A stretch of DNA of 64,000 bases from Takakia lepidozioides (lineage: Eukaryota; Plantae; Bryophyta), in assembly GCA_030704615.1 (NCBI GenBank), contig CM060732.1, positions 38,998,001 through 39,062,000 on the forward strand, read 5' to 3'. The notes beneath the pieces were generated by a model. It did no database searches, was not told the origin of the DNA, and saw nothing but the letters and a program-made list of their open reading frames with translations. The translations under genes were made by a program, and so were the position numbers. Each line of letters opens with the position of its first letter. Within the stretch, counting starts at the first letter, position 1. Below are positions 35,791 to 51,038 of this stretch, piece after piece.

Positions 35791-37209
35791 TGCACCCCAT
35801 TAACAGTTGCATACTTAATTTAGGGTTCGTGTTAGACAGAGCTAGGTTGGGTCCCGAAGGCGCCGCCTAGCCCCGAGGGTGCTGCTAGTGTGGATTATAA
35901 ATTTTCTATGTTATAGGTGTTTTGCGTTTGTAATTTGTAACCAACAGTTAGTACTAACTCACTGACGTATTTACGAAAACAATAGTCCAGGAATAAGCAA
36001 TGCGAATGTATAATTACCCTTGGTATAAGGGTTATGGTTATTTTAGAGGAGAGATATCTAGTGTAAATATTAATTATTCAGTAAACAACAACAAATTAAT
36101 TTCAATTAATCAACTTTAGTATTTCTTTTCTTTTTGAATACTTTATGTATATGTTCAAAGGGTAGAGATACTGATTTATCTAGTTTTTACTAGTACCCAT
36201 TAATCTAGGTGAGTCAAGAATATATAATTAATTAGACCATTCTGAGGAGGATCAGTCCAACTTATTATAACCAAAAATAAAAGAAGAGAGTCAAAACTAA
36301 CTATAGGAAGTAGTGTGGCAGTTATTGGGATTTGAAACCCCAACCTCAAAAGTGCAAACGCATTCTCTAACCAATAAGTCCCTAAAGTTATATTCAATAA
36401 TAATTTGTCTATCTAAGTACTTATAGGGCTATTACAAAGGTTCTGAACAGATGAACAAAAATATATAAATTATGGCTTACAGGAGTTGACCATCTTGCTA
36501 TGTATCCTGCACAGTGCCGAGGAACCCATAAGAATTCACGCGCACATACAAGCATTCGTGCAACAGTACACATACAAAAAAACATGTTACATGCAGGAAT
36601 ACAAATGCTTACCTCTTCCTCGTTTTAGTTCGTTGACTTGGAACTACAAGTACAGCATTGGGTGGAACCTCATCTGGAGAATGGTGTGCATCACTCGCGC
36701 TATCAACCGCGATGGCGATGGGGCTGGCGAATGTGACATTGCGGGCAAGTTTACGTCTGCCCTGCACACTCCCATCCATGTCACCCTGAGTCTGTGCTGT
36801 GGCGTCTGTACTGTCAAATGTATTCTCGGACTAACCATCAAACTAATATAGAGATGTTGTTACAAGGTGGTTGCTTTTAGTTATTTAAACACAATACTCC
36901 AAGTTCACCCTTTAACATGGCCTTGCAGTTAGAATTCCTTGTTTTCAAAAATTCATAAGTCCCTGCTACATTCTTCGATTCACTTTCCGTAAAGCATCAG
37001 CTGTAACCTAAGCTTTACTCCACAAGATTCTAGAATGATTTTGTGAATCAAAGCTCATAAAAAGGTCTTTAACTCAAATTGTATCTGCTCATAATAAAAT
37101 AAAATAAACTATTTGCAGTCAAGAATTTCCCTTGTTCAAAAATTCATAATTCTGCACTCACCACTTGTTTTCCTTGAATTTGAATCAGATTCCCATTAAC
37201 ATTCTTCCT

Positions 37210-40200
37210 GCAAGAGCTGAAAAGGAAGAGTAAGAGGAAGGAGAAGTTGAAGAGGGATATCTATGAGAAAAGATTAGAAGAAATCTTGAAGAAGTATGCC
37301 ACAGAGGCTGCAACACATTGGAGGAAGGGTGTTTGGTGTGCAAAGTGCCAGAATGAAGGCCATACCACCACTGAATGCCACATGAAGGAGAAACACTGTA
37401 CTATCTGTAAAATGGATAACCATTCTACTGAGAATTGTTACTACAACAGAAGGACAGCAGCTAGAGAACCTAGGCAAGTAAGGGTGCATCAAGTGCAGCC
37501 CCAGCCAAGAAGAAATAGTGATCAGGACCACTATGGTAGGCCTGGTGGTTATAACAATGGCATGGAAGGAAGAGGTAATCCAAGAGGGAATTACCAAGGA
37601 AATTCCAGAGGCAACTATCAGGATAATCCAAGGGGGAATTACCAGCCAAGGAGTCAGGATTACAGAAACAATTCCAGAACAGACCAAGGGCGAGGACCTA
37701 ATGGGGAAGAATTGTGTTATTATTGTAATCAGGCAAGCCATCACAAGGCAGCCTCTCCATTCTAGATCAGACACCAGAATGAGATGAGAGCTCTTGTGAA
37801 TGAGGGGCCAGTGGTGGCAGCTCACATGGTTAGGCCATGTGTTGTACCAGAAGTAAGTACAATGATAGTAACGAGAAGCAAAGCCAAACTAATACCTCCA
37901 GTAGATGAGGAAGATGATAATAATGAAGATGGCGGTGATATGCCTGAAGATGATGAGGCTTGGAGAGATGAGAAGAAACTGCACAAGGAAGTGGCAGATA
38001 CCATAAGGGAAATGCAGAAGAGTACTGATATTCCTATGGCAGATTCCTCTGATTCTGAAAGAGAAGAGGAAGTGAATGAGGATGAAGGGAAGAAAGAAGT
38101 TGCAGAGTAATGAAGGGACTTTGGCTGAAGTAATATGCCAGACCAAAGCGGAGATTACCATTGGACAGCTATTGGTTGTGGCACCTTATTGTAGACACAG
38201 GCTGTATCAAGCAATCAATTGAATTGCCCATGTGACAGGGAACACAGACCTGAACAGCAAGGTGACCAGTTATAATGTGAAGCCGGAAGGGCGAGAAACA
38301 GTCATGGACTTTGATGATTTTATGCCAGTAATCCAATTGAGAATTGGAAGCACAGAACTAACTGATGTACTGATAGATGGAGGCTCTGGAGTGAATATCA
38401 TGACAGACCAATTAAGGCAGAAGCTTGGTCTAAGTAACATGAAGCCAGCCCCATTTACAGTAACAATGGCAGATCAAAGAAGTGTACAACCACTGGGATT
38501 GATAAGAGGAGTTAAGATACAGATTCAAATGATGACCTTTATGATCATAGTAATTGTGTTAAAAATGGATGAAGTCATGGAAGCTTACTCCTTATTGTTG
38601 GGACGTCCGTGGCTGAAACAGGCCAGGGTATTCCATGACTAGATTTCCCAGTTACTAACTGTGCATGATGGGATGCACAAGATACAAATTACCACTAAGA
38701 AATCTAGTAGATTACCTGCTACGAGAAGACCTCGAGGGGTCAGGGAGTATGACTGGAGGGGAGGACTTGATGAGGAGCAGGAAACTACCATGTTCATTGC
38801 ACACCTAGAGTGGGAGCAGGTTGCCGAGATGCAGCTGGAAGGCCTAAGTTGTTTAAAAGGTATTTGTTGTGGTGTAGTGACAGCAACACCAATTGAAGGT
38901 GAAACAAGCAGTTACCCACCATATTTCTATGAAGAAAGAGAATGAGAAATGGAAATCCTAGAGGAACCAGCCACTGTGAGTTTACAGGATAAAGTGGTGA
39001 CTGGTTGGACAATCACAGCTGATGAGCAGGTGAGAGAAGTGAATGTAGGAACTGAAGAGGAACCGAGGATGGTGAAGGTAGGGGCTGATTTGGAGCCAGA
39101 ATTCTTTGAGGAAGCTAAGAGTTTGTTCATCAAATACATAGATGTATTTGCTTGGAGCTACGAGGATCTAAAAGGGATACCACCTGAGATCTGTCAGCAT
39201 AAGATTGAACTGGAACCAGGGTCAATACCAATCAAACAGGCAAGGTACAGAATGAATCCCAACTATGCACAGAAGGTTGGAGAAGAGATCAAGAAGTTGG
39301 CTGAGGCTAAGTTTATATACCCGATAGAGTATACAACTTGGTTGTCACCCATAGTGATAGTTCCCAAGAAGAATGGTAAACTGAGAGTTTGTGTGAACTA
39401 TAAGAAGTTGAATGCTTGCACGAAGAAAGATCCTTTCCCCTTGCCATTCATAGAAGCGGTATTGGACACTGTGGCAGGCCATGAGATGTACTCATTCATG
39501 GATGGCTTCAGTGGTTATAATCAAGTGCAAGTGGCAGAAAAAGACCAGGGAAAGACAGCTTTCATCACAGACTGGGGTGCTTATACAAACAAAGTCATGT
39601 CTTTTGGACTTTGTAATGCACCAGCAACCTTTCAGAGAGTGATAAGTGAATCTTTTCATGAGTATCTGGATGATTTCATGCAGGTGTTCTTGGATGATTT
39701 CAGTGTGTACAGCTCTAAGAATGAGCACTTGCATAAAATGGAGTTATGTTTGGCCAGATGCAGGATGAGAGGTCTGGGCCTGAATCCAGAGAAGTGTACT
39801 TTCTGTGTGAACTCAGGGGTGCTTTTGGGACACATTGTGTGTAAGAGGGGACTTCTTGTGGATCCCAGGAAGACAGAGGCCATTAAAGCCTCTCCACCAC
39901 CAGTAAATGTTAAGAGTATAAGGAGATTCCTTGGACAAACCAGTTATTACAGAAGATTTGTCAAAAGGTATGCACACATAGCAGCACCATTGAGCAAGCT
40001 TCTGAAGAAAGATGCAGTGTTTGCATGGACAGCTGAATATCAACAGGCTTTTGAGGAACTTACATTGTCAATATCAACTACACCTGTGCTGATTAACCCT
40101 CACTGGCATGTAGTATTTCATGTTCACTGTGATGCCTCAGGAGAAGCGTTGGGAGCGGTGTTAGCCCAAAATGTTACAGGAAATATAGATTCACCTGTGT

Positions 40201-43200
40201 ACTATATGCTAGCAGGTTGATGAACAGTGCTGAAAGGAACTATAGCACACTGAAAGAGAAGCACTGGCAATGATTTATGCAGTCAAGAAATTCAGGCATT
40301 ACCTATTGGGAAGAAAGTTTATGTTTTATGTGGATCACCAGGCTCTGATATATCTGGTGAACAAACCTTTGATAAGTGGAAGGATAGCAAGGTGGTTAAT
40401 ATTCTTGCACGAGTTTGAGTTCGAAGTTGTTTACAAGCCTGGCCATTTGCATTTTGTGGCAGATCATTTGTCACGCCTAACAACAGGAGAGCCCGCCACA
40501 GGAGTAGTCGACCAATTACCTGATGCGAGTTTATTTGCAATGGAGGTGCAAGGAAGTGCAGATGAATGGTTAGATTGGCAGTGGCCAATCAGATACTACC
40601 TTACTCATGGTCAGTGCCCACCTAGTTATGGTAAGGAGCAGAGGAAGAGATTTGCTATCAAGGCTTTACCTTATACTATGTAGGGGGCAGAATGTATAAG
40701 CTAGGACCTGATGGAGTACTTAAACGATGCTTGTACCACCATGAAGTAAATAAAGTCTTGGAGGAAGTTCATAAAGGAGTGGCTGGAGGTCATTTTGGAG
40801 AAGAGACTACCAGTAGGAAGATACTACTCGCAGGTTACTGGTGGCCTACTTTGTTCAAAGATGTACACGAGTATTGTCAGAGTTGTGATGAATGTCAGAG
40901 GCTAGGACCTTTGCAGAGATCTGGAAGGATGGCCTTGCATCCTACAATGCCTACGGAACCATTTCAGAAATGGGGACTAGACTTTGTTGGACCAATTAAC
41001 CCACCGGCCAAGAATACACAGAACAAGTACATAATTACAGCCACTTATTATACTACGATGTGGGTGGAAGCTAAAGCTCTGAGGGACAACACAGCCAAGT
41101 CCACAGCAAGGTTCCTGCATGAGAACATACTTACACGATTTGGCTATCCCTTGGAATTTATCAGTGAGCAGGGAAGTCACTTCATTAATGAGACCATTGA
41201 ACTATTGACTAAAGAGTTTATGATTGTGCATAGGAAGAGTACAACGTATTACCCACAGGGTAATGGGCAGGCAGAGGCTACCAACAAAATACTATGTACT
41301 ATCTTGGCTAAGATATTCAATGCAAACAGAACGGATTGGGATACAAAGCTGCTGACAGCTTTGTGGTCATACATGACTTCATATAAAGTCACCACAAAGT
41401 ATACACCATTCCAATTAGTTTATGGTATGGAAGCTTTACTTCCAGTGGAATTCTTGTTACCTACCATGAGAACTGAATGGGGAAAGAGAATGGAATTAGA
41501 AGATTCAATTAAGGTCAGGAAACATGAATTATACCATGTGGAAGAAGTACGTGTTGATGCAGCTGATAACATGACCAGAATTCAGATGAAGAGGAAGGAA
41601 CAGTTTGATGAAGGCAAATTAAAGACTTTTAAGACGGGAGATTTGGTTATCTGGTTGCAGAAGAAGGGGAAGATTAAAGCTTATAAGCTTAAATCACCAT
41701 GGAAGGGACCTTATGTCATACAAAAGATGTATGATAACAACACAGCCATGTTACAAACCATTAACAAATGATGCTGGAAAGAGTCAATGCCAATAAGTTG
41801 AAGGGGTACAGTGGTATCCATGACAAACCATTGCAGCACGATTTGCATGTTGAAACGCAAAAGCAGTCACGGGCTGTGCCAGTGATACCAACGGAGTATG
41901 GAGCACTTGTCGCTAAGCCGAGCGTATATGACCAGGGCGGGCAGTGACACAGCCTATCACAGCCATCACGGTGTCACACAGCCTATCCCAGCCCATCACA
42001 GCATGACACAGCCTATCATAGTCCACCACAGTGCCACACAGCCTGTCACAGCCCAACACAGCCCATACAAGTTACACAGTCCATAGGGTCTGTGACAGGT
42101 GGACGCGAATTAACATTAGAAAAGTGGCCATCAAGTGAATAAAAAGTTTCGAAGTCAAACTTGGAAAATGTGCCATGCGGAGAGGGGAAGTCGAGGGCAT
42201 GTTTAGAAACGGACACGTGGCCGCTAAGGCAAAGCACACTGCGCTGCATCGATTGCAAAGTGAGTTTCATCATGCAAGAGGACAAATCGGGCCGTCAAAG
42301 TACCTACCTGGTACAGCAGCTAATACTAATTGTGGGCCCATTAATGCATTGAGTGTAAGGGTAACGGAACCCTTTCTGAATTTTAAAAAAAAAACACCTA
42401 TGCCACATGTGTTGTCCTACTGGACATTCCAGGTGGGAATGTCCATGGAGGGGGGTGGAATTAAGAAATTACCTAAGCAGTCCATAGCCAATCAGGAGTG
42501 GGAATTACATGCAGGTAGTTCCCTCCAAGAAACAAGAACAAGAAATAGGAAGTGTTATGAGCGGAAGAGTCGGGGTGGCTCAGAATAGCCAAGGTCTCGA
42601 CGACAGGGGCAATCAAAGCACTAGTTTTGTAGCTATGGCAGATGTAACGGATTACACACTCGCTTTACTTCTCACGCAGTGGCGCAAGGACGGAAGCATT
42701 GAGCGTACATTTTCTCTCACTCGTTATTTGCAAGCCCCACAAGCTTACACGCACTTACTTGTTCCATTCTGTGCCAACCATACCTTCATGCTCTGTGCCC
42801 TGCAAGCTTTCCTTCAGCTATTTCAAACAAAGCCTTTCTGTTTGTCTAGAATGAAGAGAGTGAGGGGAATGGAGGATATCAGGGTGAAGAGCACCACAAT
42901 ACTGCAGAAGCAAACAATTGCAGCACCACAGGCAGTACAGCTACTAAGGGAGTTGCGATTGGAGGGGCTGTTACGCAAGGACTGGTCCTTGCATCATCGG
43001 CAGTTCATGATACAATTTCTTCAGAATTTTGTGCCTCGGACGGGAGTTACTCAGGTGAGGGGAGTAGATATAGAAATTACTCCCCAGTACCTGCAGCAAT
43101 TGTTTGATTTGCCATCAGGACATGTGGATGTGGATGAGCACAGGGCAAGATTGCAAATAGGGAATTTGTTCCAAGAAGGGAGTTTCCTTAAAACTCAAGG

Positions 43201-46200
43201 TTACTCTTGTACCAAAGCCGAGTACCCAGGGCTTAGGGAAGTTGGCCAAATATTGAACGTTCTATTTGCCATGAAACAGAACCAACAGTATTTGAGCAGG
43301 TCATTCACAGAGGAGATCCTGAAAGCTTTGAGGGGAGAGGATGTCGCTTGGGCGGAGTTAATGTACAACAGATTGGTGGACGAGATGAAGAGGTTACAGC
43401 GCACTGCTGCTAAGTCTCCGATCATTGTGTCCGGTCCAGTCATTGCCCAAATAATTCTTGATTCTTGCATACTTGATACTCGGGAACGTAAGGAGATGAG
43501 AGTGTTTGAGGCAGAAACCACTGCAATTGAAGAGCAGGGCTCTTCACACAGTGAGGGTGGACTAGCAGGGCAACAACAATCTAAGAGACAGAGGCGGGGT
43601 ATGATTGTAGTGGCGGATCCACTGGCTTCACGGAAACCGCACGATAATGTTTCCCAAGCTCTTGTGCAGGATGGGGCACAGCAGCAAAGAGAACTGCTAT
43701 TATTGGAAGCACGACCTTCAGAGAGGGAAGAGGAAGTCAATTCAATACCACAGCCACCACAACCAATTGACTCAGATGTTTTGGAGGTTCCACAATTAGT
43801 ATATGCTATGACTTCACCCCCAATTGCTCTGGAAGGAGAAAAGTTGGATATACCCACTACAGAGCAGGTTGTGGCCGAAATTGAAAATGGTGACCTTCTC
43901 TATGAAAACTCTGGCTTGGTGAGGGAATCAGTGATTCCAGAGGTGCAGCGGTTGTCCAGGGAAAACCCTGCTGTGCATGTAATACCCACACCTGTGATGG
44001 AGGTACCAGGGGTAGAATATCAAGACACTGCAGCACCTGTGGCGGATGAGGTGGTTCAGGAAGAGAATCTGGTGGGGCAATGGCCTGAATGGTTGGTGAG
44101 GCATCACACTGTCAAGGATCAGGAAGAGCAGCAACAAGCTCACCATGATGACCCTCAGCAGGCCATGCTTATGAGTTCCATAAGCAGAACACTTAATTTG
44201 TTGGGCACTTATGTGAAATCTCATGTTCCATCTACCCAATTGGTAGCTTTGAGGGAGGAACTCAGGATGGAGTTTGAGGCTCGACTTGCCACTGAGTGAG
44301 CAAACAAGGTCGATAAGGAGGTCAATCTCAAGTTACAGCAAGAGTTAGAGGACACAAAGGCTGCTTTGCAGTTGGCCAAGGGACATTTGATTGAAGCAGG
44401 CCTTGCGCAAGACCAGTTGCACAAAGCACATAAACAACAGTTATACCAAATGCAGGTGAAGCATGAGGGCAAGTTGCAAGAAGTGAATGCACTACATACA
44501 GAGTTGCAGGCAGTACATGAGAGGATGACCATACAATGTGCTACTCTCACATTTACTCTTGAGCAAACTGCATTAGAAGTTAACAGACAAGGGGAGAGAT
44601 GTATGAAGGCAGAGGCAGAGATAATCGAGCAGGCGAAACTCATTGTTGATATGAAGAATACAATCTGTCGCAATGAGAATACTTTCAAGCAATACAAACA
44701 GGTTGAGGCTGACCAAGAGAGGTACATCCTGGAGTTGCAACAAACAGTCATGGTCAATAGAAATGAACTCTCTGTGGCTAACAAGGCTTGGAAGGAAGCC
44801 AATAATCTAGTTGCTGCCTATGCGAGTTTGGTTGAACCTCATATGAAGCGCATGGAGGCTTTACAACAGCAGTTAGATGTGTACAGGCTCACAGAGGAGC
44901 AGACTCTCATGGGTGCCACACACGACTTGGTGGATAACCACCTTATGCAGGTCTGGTTAGCACAAGGGCCGGTGGAAGGCAAAGCACCATGGAAGCTCAC
45001 CCAGGGCGAGATGAATGAACTCAGACTTCAGGTGCAGAACATTGCCACAACTACTATAGACAATGTCTATAGTAGAATAGCGGAGCTACAGGAGGATGTA
45101 GAAGGCCTGCAGACTCAGGTGGATGACCTGAGTTCAAATATTGACAAGAGAGTCTTTGTACCTGAGGAGCAGCTGATGGCTACTTATTTACATGCCAGAA
45201 CTCTAATTTTTCAGTCTTCTTTGCAAGGGGTGCAGGAGATGCCAATGGTAGAAGGGCCAGTGGTACCAATACCATAGCAAGTGACTGTGCAGGTAACTGA
45301 CCCTGTTGTTACTACAGCCACACCACAGTCTGAGGTATGGGGGGATGCTGCTTTTAACCCACCTAAGACTCATGTTGCAAGAGAGTACAGTCGGGCTATG
45401 ATTATGCCCTTCAACCAAATTCCCATTGTGTTGGATTTGGCTTGGAAAGAATTTAGTCATCCGTAGTCGTTGGCACATTACTACCAGATCATGCACATTT
45501 GGCTGCCAGTGACGACTAAGACTAAGGTTCTTCCGAACAATCGACCCATTGAGGATCATCACTTTGCGCGGTACTAGTCTGAAGCAGGTACCATGTTGAA
45601 GGAATTAATTGCCTTCCAAGTTGTACATGGGTACATTTATACCAAGACCAAAGAGGTATCAAGTATTGTCATGGGCTGTGGATTATACTATGCTGTTTGT
45701 TTTCTGGCACACTATCACATTGAGCAGCAGAGGATGCAATCGCGATTTCTGAGTTATTCCAGTGGGGATCATTGGGTCTTACCTTCAGTGCCACCTCATA
45801 TGTACCTATATGATGCAAAAGTTATGATGCAGAAGGATTCCCAACTTCGTTCATGGTTTCATTCAGCTTGGAACAATTTGACAACACAGAAATTCGGCCC
45901 TGAGGATATTTTCTTTAAGGGACATGAAGCATGGAAATACTTGCACTGTTCCCAAGTCATTGGCACACCTCTTACCTATACAGATAAGGAGTTCAGGACG
46001 TTCACTAATTTTGCGTGCCAGCGCTTACAACAAGTTGAACAATTTAAACTTCCAGATATGGTGGGACAACATTGTATGCCACACATGATTACACTTAAAG
46101 TTCGGCCGTTAAAATACCTAAGGGGAGACGAGGATTCTGATACTACTGTTTCTTCAGCGGACTCTTTTGACATGGCAGAGGACTATGCACTTCAGATGAC

Positions 46201-47437
46201 AGAGAAGAAACGACGGGGATCTCCTATGCCTGAGAGGTTATCTCGTTATCAGCCAAAGGAGGGTCAGACATTCCAGGTAGTGCTCAATCATCTCCGTCAA
46301 CCAGTGACAGGATTCGGGCTCGCACACGGAGTCCTTCACGAGACTCTCACCGTCAGAAGGGTGCTCGCTCACAAAGGTTTGCTAATCCCAAATAGTAAAC
46401 CGTGAGGACACGGCTTTTTGAGAGGGGGAGGGATAAATGTTAGAGGGCTGCTTGGGACTTAGACGTTTTTACGGGTTCTGTGGGATACCCTTAATTTTTG
46501 CGCAGACTGAGACCAACAGGAGCCTTAGAGGTGGCAGCAGCAGGCTTTAGGGGGGTTACATAGCCAACACAGCCCGTCACAGCCAGTCACAGCCAACACA
46601 ACCCGACACAGCCAGTCACAGCCAACACAATCCGTCACAGCCAGTCACAGCCGACACAGCCCGACACAGCCAGTCACAGCCCGCCACAGCTTCGCACAGC
46701 CCGTCACAGCCAGTCACAGCCGCCACAGCTTCGCACAGCCCGACACAGCCGACACAACCTTACACAGCCAGTCACAGCTCGGCACAGCTTGACACAGTCT
46801 GTCACAGTACATGGGGAACAGTTATCATTGACAGGGAACGACTGTGAGGGAACGACATCTGCAGAAGGAACGTGTTACTACAGGGATGACGGTTAATTAG
46901 TTAGGTGGTTAGAATAGCTTGCGGGCAGATAAGGGGAGCGACAACGGAAATAATGGACACTGCACGGGGAGCGCTTCTGGGTCATGGGAAGAGGAGATCA
47001 GGCGGAGAGCAAGAACGAGAGCAGAAAGAAGGAGAAAAGATGAACAGTAGATGCTTATTACATGCAGAGCTGTAGTGATACTGTAGGGCGGATTAGAGTC
47101 ACCTTGATATTGGCCTAGTACCTGATAAATCATAATCTGATACTTATTCGATACAAGCACACTGTGTAGAGAGACATGAGTGAAGCTGTGAAATGAATGC
47201 ATGATTAACTGGAATTAAGTAGATACTGAAGCAATCTGATGCTTCAGTATCAGATAAGGTGAATTGATAACATGAAGACAAGAAGGAATACAAATGGGAA
47301 GCACAACCATGATTCACTAGCTGTAGGTCATGACTGATTGTACTGAGCGGGTTGAGTGCTTAGAAATATCCAACTTTTCTATCTTGGAGTTTCCACCTCG
47401 GATAGCGAAGGGATGGGTGAGTAAAAGCCGCTCGACA
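37210..47437 (+). mobile_element. Ty3/Gypsy family A, copy 3: 5'-truncated within gag, more diverged, many stops
   Basis: ORF fragments 37247-46405 are colinear with copy 2; PPT and 3' LTR present. Confidence 0.93.
46438..47437 (+). repeat. 3' LTR of copy 3 (diverged variant)
   Basis: TGTTAGAGGGC...GCCGCTCGACA. Confidence 0.92.
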
Positions 47438-49741
47438 AGCTGCACACCGTTGGAATCAAGGTGCCGTGTTAGTGGAAGTGAGTCGTGTGGTACGCCGAGA
47501 CTTGCATGATTGAAGTAGATAAGCTTGTTACTGTCTAGATTTCCTTTGAGTATTCGTGTACCTACCCTCTTATAATCTGATAGATCGTTCGTACCATAGC
47601 AATTCAGATCAGTCCGTGAGCAGAATTCATCAAACGTGCACCATCAGCGACATCAACTTGGGACTCGTGCTCGGTTGAGCACCGTGTGAAGAAAATCTAT
47701 CTCGAATAGTTGATTATGTTGTAGAAGATTACCCTCTATACCTACTTGGAGTTCTATAGAGACATCCTTGAATCTGAATTTCAGGTATCCTAGACAGTCC
47801 TAGATTTACGCTAGGGGAAACGACCTTGGAAACGACCTAGCACTCCTAAGCTACCGCCAAATCATTGTAAAATTGTCTCGTTTTGGTTGGTTGTTTTCTT
47901 TTGCTTCTTTCTTCCCTGCTCTGTTCTCTTCTATCTTTTCCATTTAATGAGCCTGGGGTACTTAAGTTGAAGGCGGCTAATCATCAGAATACCGCCCTAT
48001 CGATTTTCAACTGGAAAATCATACTAGGATGTGACTTAGTTGTTTTCTTTGTTGGCCCAACACATCCAATCTTATTGCTTAAATTATTAACTTCAAGCTG
48101 AGACCTTAATTAGTGTTTGGATGATCTAGAAGAGGTGCTGATGAAAGACGGCACTCTTTTCATTCCTCTGTGCCGGATGATTTCTATGCCAGCAGTTCGG
48201 CCTGCCCTTCACCACGACATCAAGAAGCTACAGGGGGATTTTATCCATGGGTACTTGAAGGGTTCGGCTGTGTTTTACGTGTCACTGACTGATCTCCAGG
48301 GATCTGAGAAATTGGTTGACCTCGATGTAATGGATAGTTGGGACCCGCTTTGGAAAGAAGTGAATACGGAGTTTGAGATTGAGCTTTCACAGAACCCAGC
48401 ACACGTCCAGTACATGAACAAAATGTTCTTTGTCTGGGATGGCAACCACCGTTTGGTGGCCTGGATGGAGTACATTAGCAGGATGTATGCGGAGAACAAA
48501 GAGTGGCACTATCCGGTTCAGTCAATGGTCCTCGATCCGGAGGGGAAGTTCACGCAACTTCTAACTGCAATGCACGATATCAACAAGAGTTTTGCCCACT
48601 TCTTGTATCCAATTTCATTGTTCTGTCAATCTTTAACCTTTGTCAACTGACCTATTCGCATTGCAGGGGGATGGAGACATCCCATGTCACCACCAACATA
48701 GTCCATTCCTTGTTTCGTATGCAAAGCATAGGAGTGATGCCATTGGAAACGTTTGCGAGTGTCTTGTCCCCGGACACACTGAAGAAGTGCCAAACGATCA
48801 AGAAGATAGAGACTTGGTACAACCTGACAAGGGAGGTGTTTCTCGACTACTTGTACGCGGTGAGTTTATGTGCGGACTGCCATTCTTCTGGAATTATGGA
48901 TATGTCATGTTTTTGCTTAGGTTTTGTTGTTCACAAGGGTAACATGGGTGTGTCATAGCAAGAAATAGCAGAAGCGGGCGAACGAGCCAAGCTGGAGTAT
49001 TACGCCACTACAGATGAGGATGAGAGAACGGCAAACGGGGTGGAGGCAAAAATGAAGGCAGACATGGATACGTGCAGGAAGAACCTCAAGAGCGCGTTCG
49101 ACAAACACATTCGAATCGCTGACCCCAGATTGGGAAAGGGGTTTCTGGAGCAGGTTCGGATCCACTCGAACAAGCCCACTAAGCTAGAGATGACACAGGA
49201 AAAGCTCCACCGCCTTTCAATTTCCATGGTTGACCCTGCTCAGAAAGTGAGGTGGCTGGAAATCTGGAACTCGGATCCGATCATCCGGGATACAAACAAT
49301 TTCCCAAAACCAATGAAGGACCCTGAGATTGGGGTGGTGACACCTGTCAGCGACCGCGCATTCGACACTTGGTTGCACAAAGCGACCTTCTGGAGCCAGG
49401 TGAGACTATAAAAACATTGTGTCTGCTCTAGCAATGAGTACATGGTTTCTTATGTTGATTAACTCAAATTGTGGCGGATGGGTGTGCAGCAGGAGAAGCG
49501 GGCACTTGATACTTTTGAGAAATCACTGCTGGACTACAAGATCACAATGACCACTCCGAGCATCAAGTTACAGTCATACGTTCGGAAATGGAGAAGAGAG
49601 CTGTGGAAGTATGCATTTTTCTATGAGTTCGAGAAGGAAGGGGGAATACTGCGCTCGTAGGACTTTGACCATCAGTATAATGGGGAGCAGGCAATGAAAC
49701 GAGTTCTGTTCAAGTACTGCCTTTTATGTTGATGGCACTAC

Positions 49742-50215
49742 ATTAAGATGTCGTTGATGACATCTTAAAACAAGCATTGTCTGTAGTGCAAATAGCAATT
49801 TTTCGGTACTACACAAAGAATTCGATGTATGTACTGGGCCGATTTAAGGTGGCGTTGATGACACCTTCAATTGGTGCCCTTTGGGCTCTTCAAAACTGAA
49901 CAGTTGCACACATCTGTTTCTTGTTCATCTGTAGGTCTTCATTGTTTTGTTGTGCTTCCTGCAATTTAAGATGTCGTCAACGACATCTTAAAACAGGCAT
50001 CCTTTTGTAGTCCAACAAGTCATTTTTCAACAGACAACGAAAAAATACTATGTGCGTAGGGGTCGATTTAAGATGGCGTTGACGACATCTTAAATGGCTG
50101 CTCTTTGGGCTCTAAAAAATAGTTCAGTTGAGCATGTCTGTTTTCTGTTGTTCTGTATCTCTTCAATTTTTGTTCAAGTTCCTGGATTTTAAGATGTCGT
50201 CAACGACATCTTGAT
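49742..50215. repeat. Palindrome family 1, cluster d: 5 copies (49742, 49843, 49965, 50067, 50188) with a ~223-bp dimeric period, inside a predicted intron
   Basis: TTAAGATGTCGT-CA/TG-ACGACATCTTAA and variants. Confidence 0.92.
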
Positions 50216-51038
50216 GTGTAGTCTGCAAATATGGAGTGAACAGGTGAGTTCTTGTGGTCTGTGGGGATATATGCTCTAAGTAAGAACACGGGTGTGGATG
50301 CAGGTACTTTCACTTTGTTCTTATTCCAGAGAAGGCTCTTAGTGATGATCCGGACTTTATTCGTGGATGGGCGAACCCAGACGACGACACCACTATGTTC
50401 ACTGCGGGAATTGTGAAGGACTGGGGTCAGGCACATTACAACGACTGCGGGTGGTACCTCGACTGCCCTCGGTAGTCCACTATGTGAGAGGAGAACGTCT
50501 TAAGGAATCAGAATGAGAATGCAGATGCCTTGGCAACCCGGACAGATGAGGAGTTGCAGGCTAGGTTCCTTGCGCAGCTGAGTAAGAAGGAGCCAGCAAA
50601 GATGGCCACCCCCGCGGGTGGGAAGAAGAAAAACAAAGGGAAACAGACTGCGGAGGTAGGTGGGTCTGCCGGTGCTGTGGCTGCCGTTGATTCTGGGTCA
50701 GGGCCTGCAGGGACTGGTGGGGCAGTTCTTGATCGCCCATAGGCAGATCATCGCATTGTGCGTACAGAGGTCCAGAGCTGATGAAAGGACTAACCACAGG
50801 GCAGGGAAACGACCTTACGAAGCCCGACTTTGTGTCTCCAGAATAGTGGGTCTGCAGTTCCAGCGGAAAACGACAAACGTCAGCTTCATGCGTATGATGG
50901 AGTCCAGGAAGTCCACATTCACAACGGTCAAATCTCCTGCATAGGACCACCTCTGCTCTTTCCTCACCCTGGTAATGCCCTTGCATCTTTCAACTTTGAT
51001 TCCCATTTCATGACATTGTGGGGTTTTGGATTTGCTGG

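Noticed and set aside
35840-35890. Helitron 3' end (GC-rich hairpin plus CTAGT)
   Set aside because: The hairpin is weak and no 5' end or RepHel sequence was found.
37274-44802. Antisense ORFs over Gypsy coding regions
   Set aside because: Shadow frames of the sense ORFs with no recognisable motifs.
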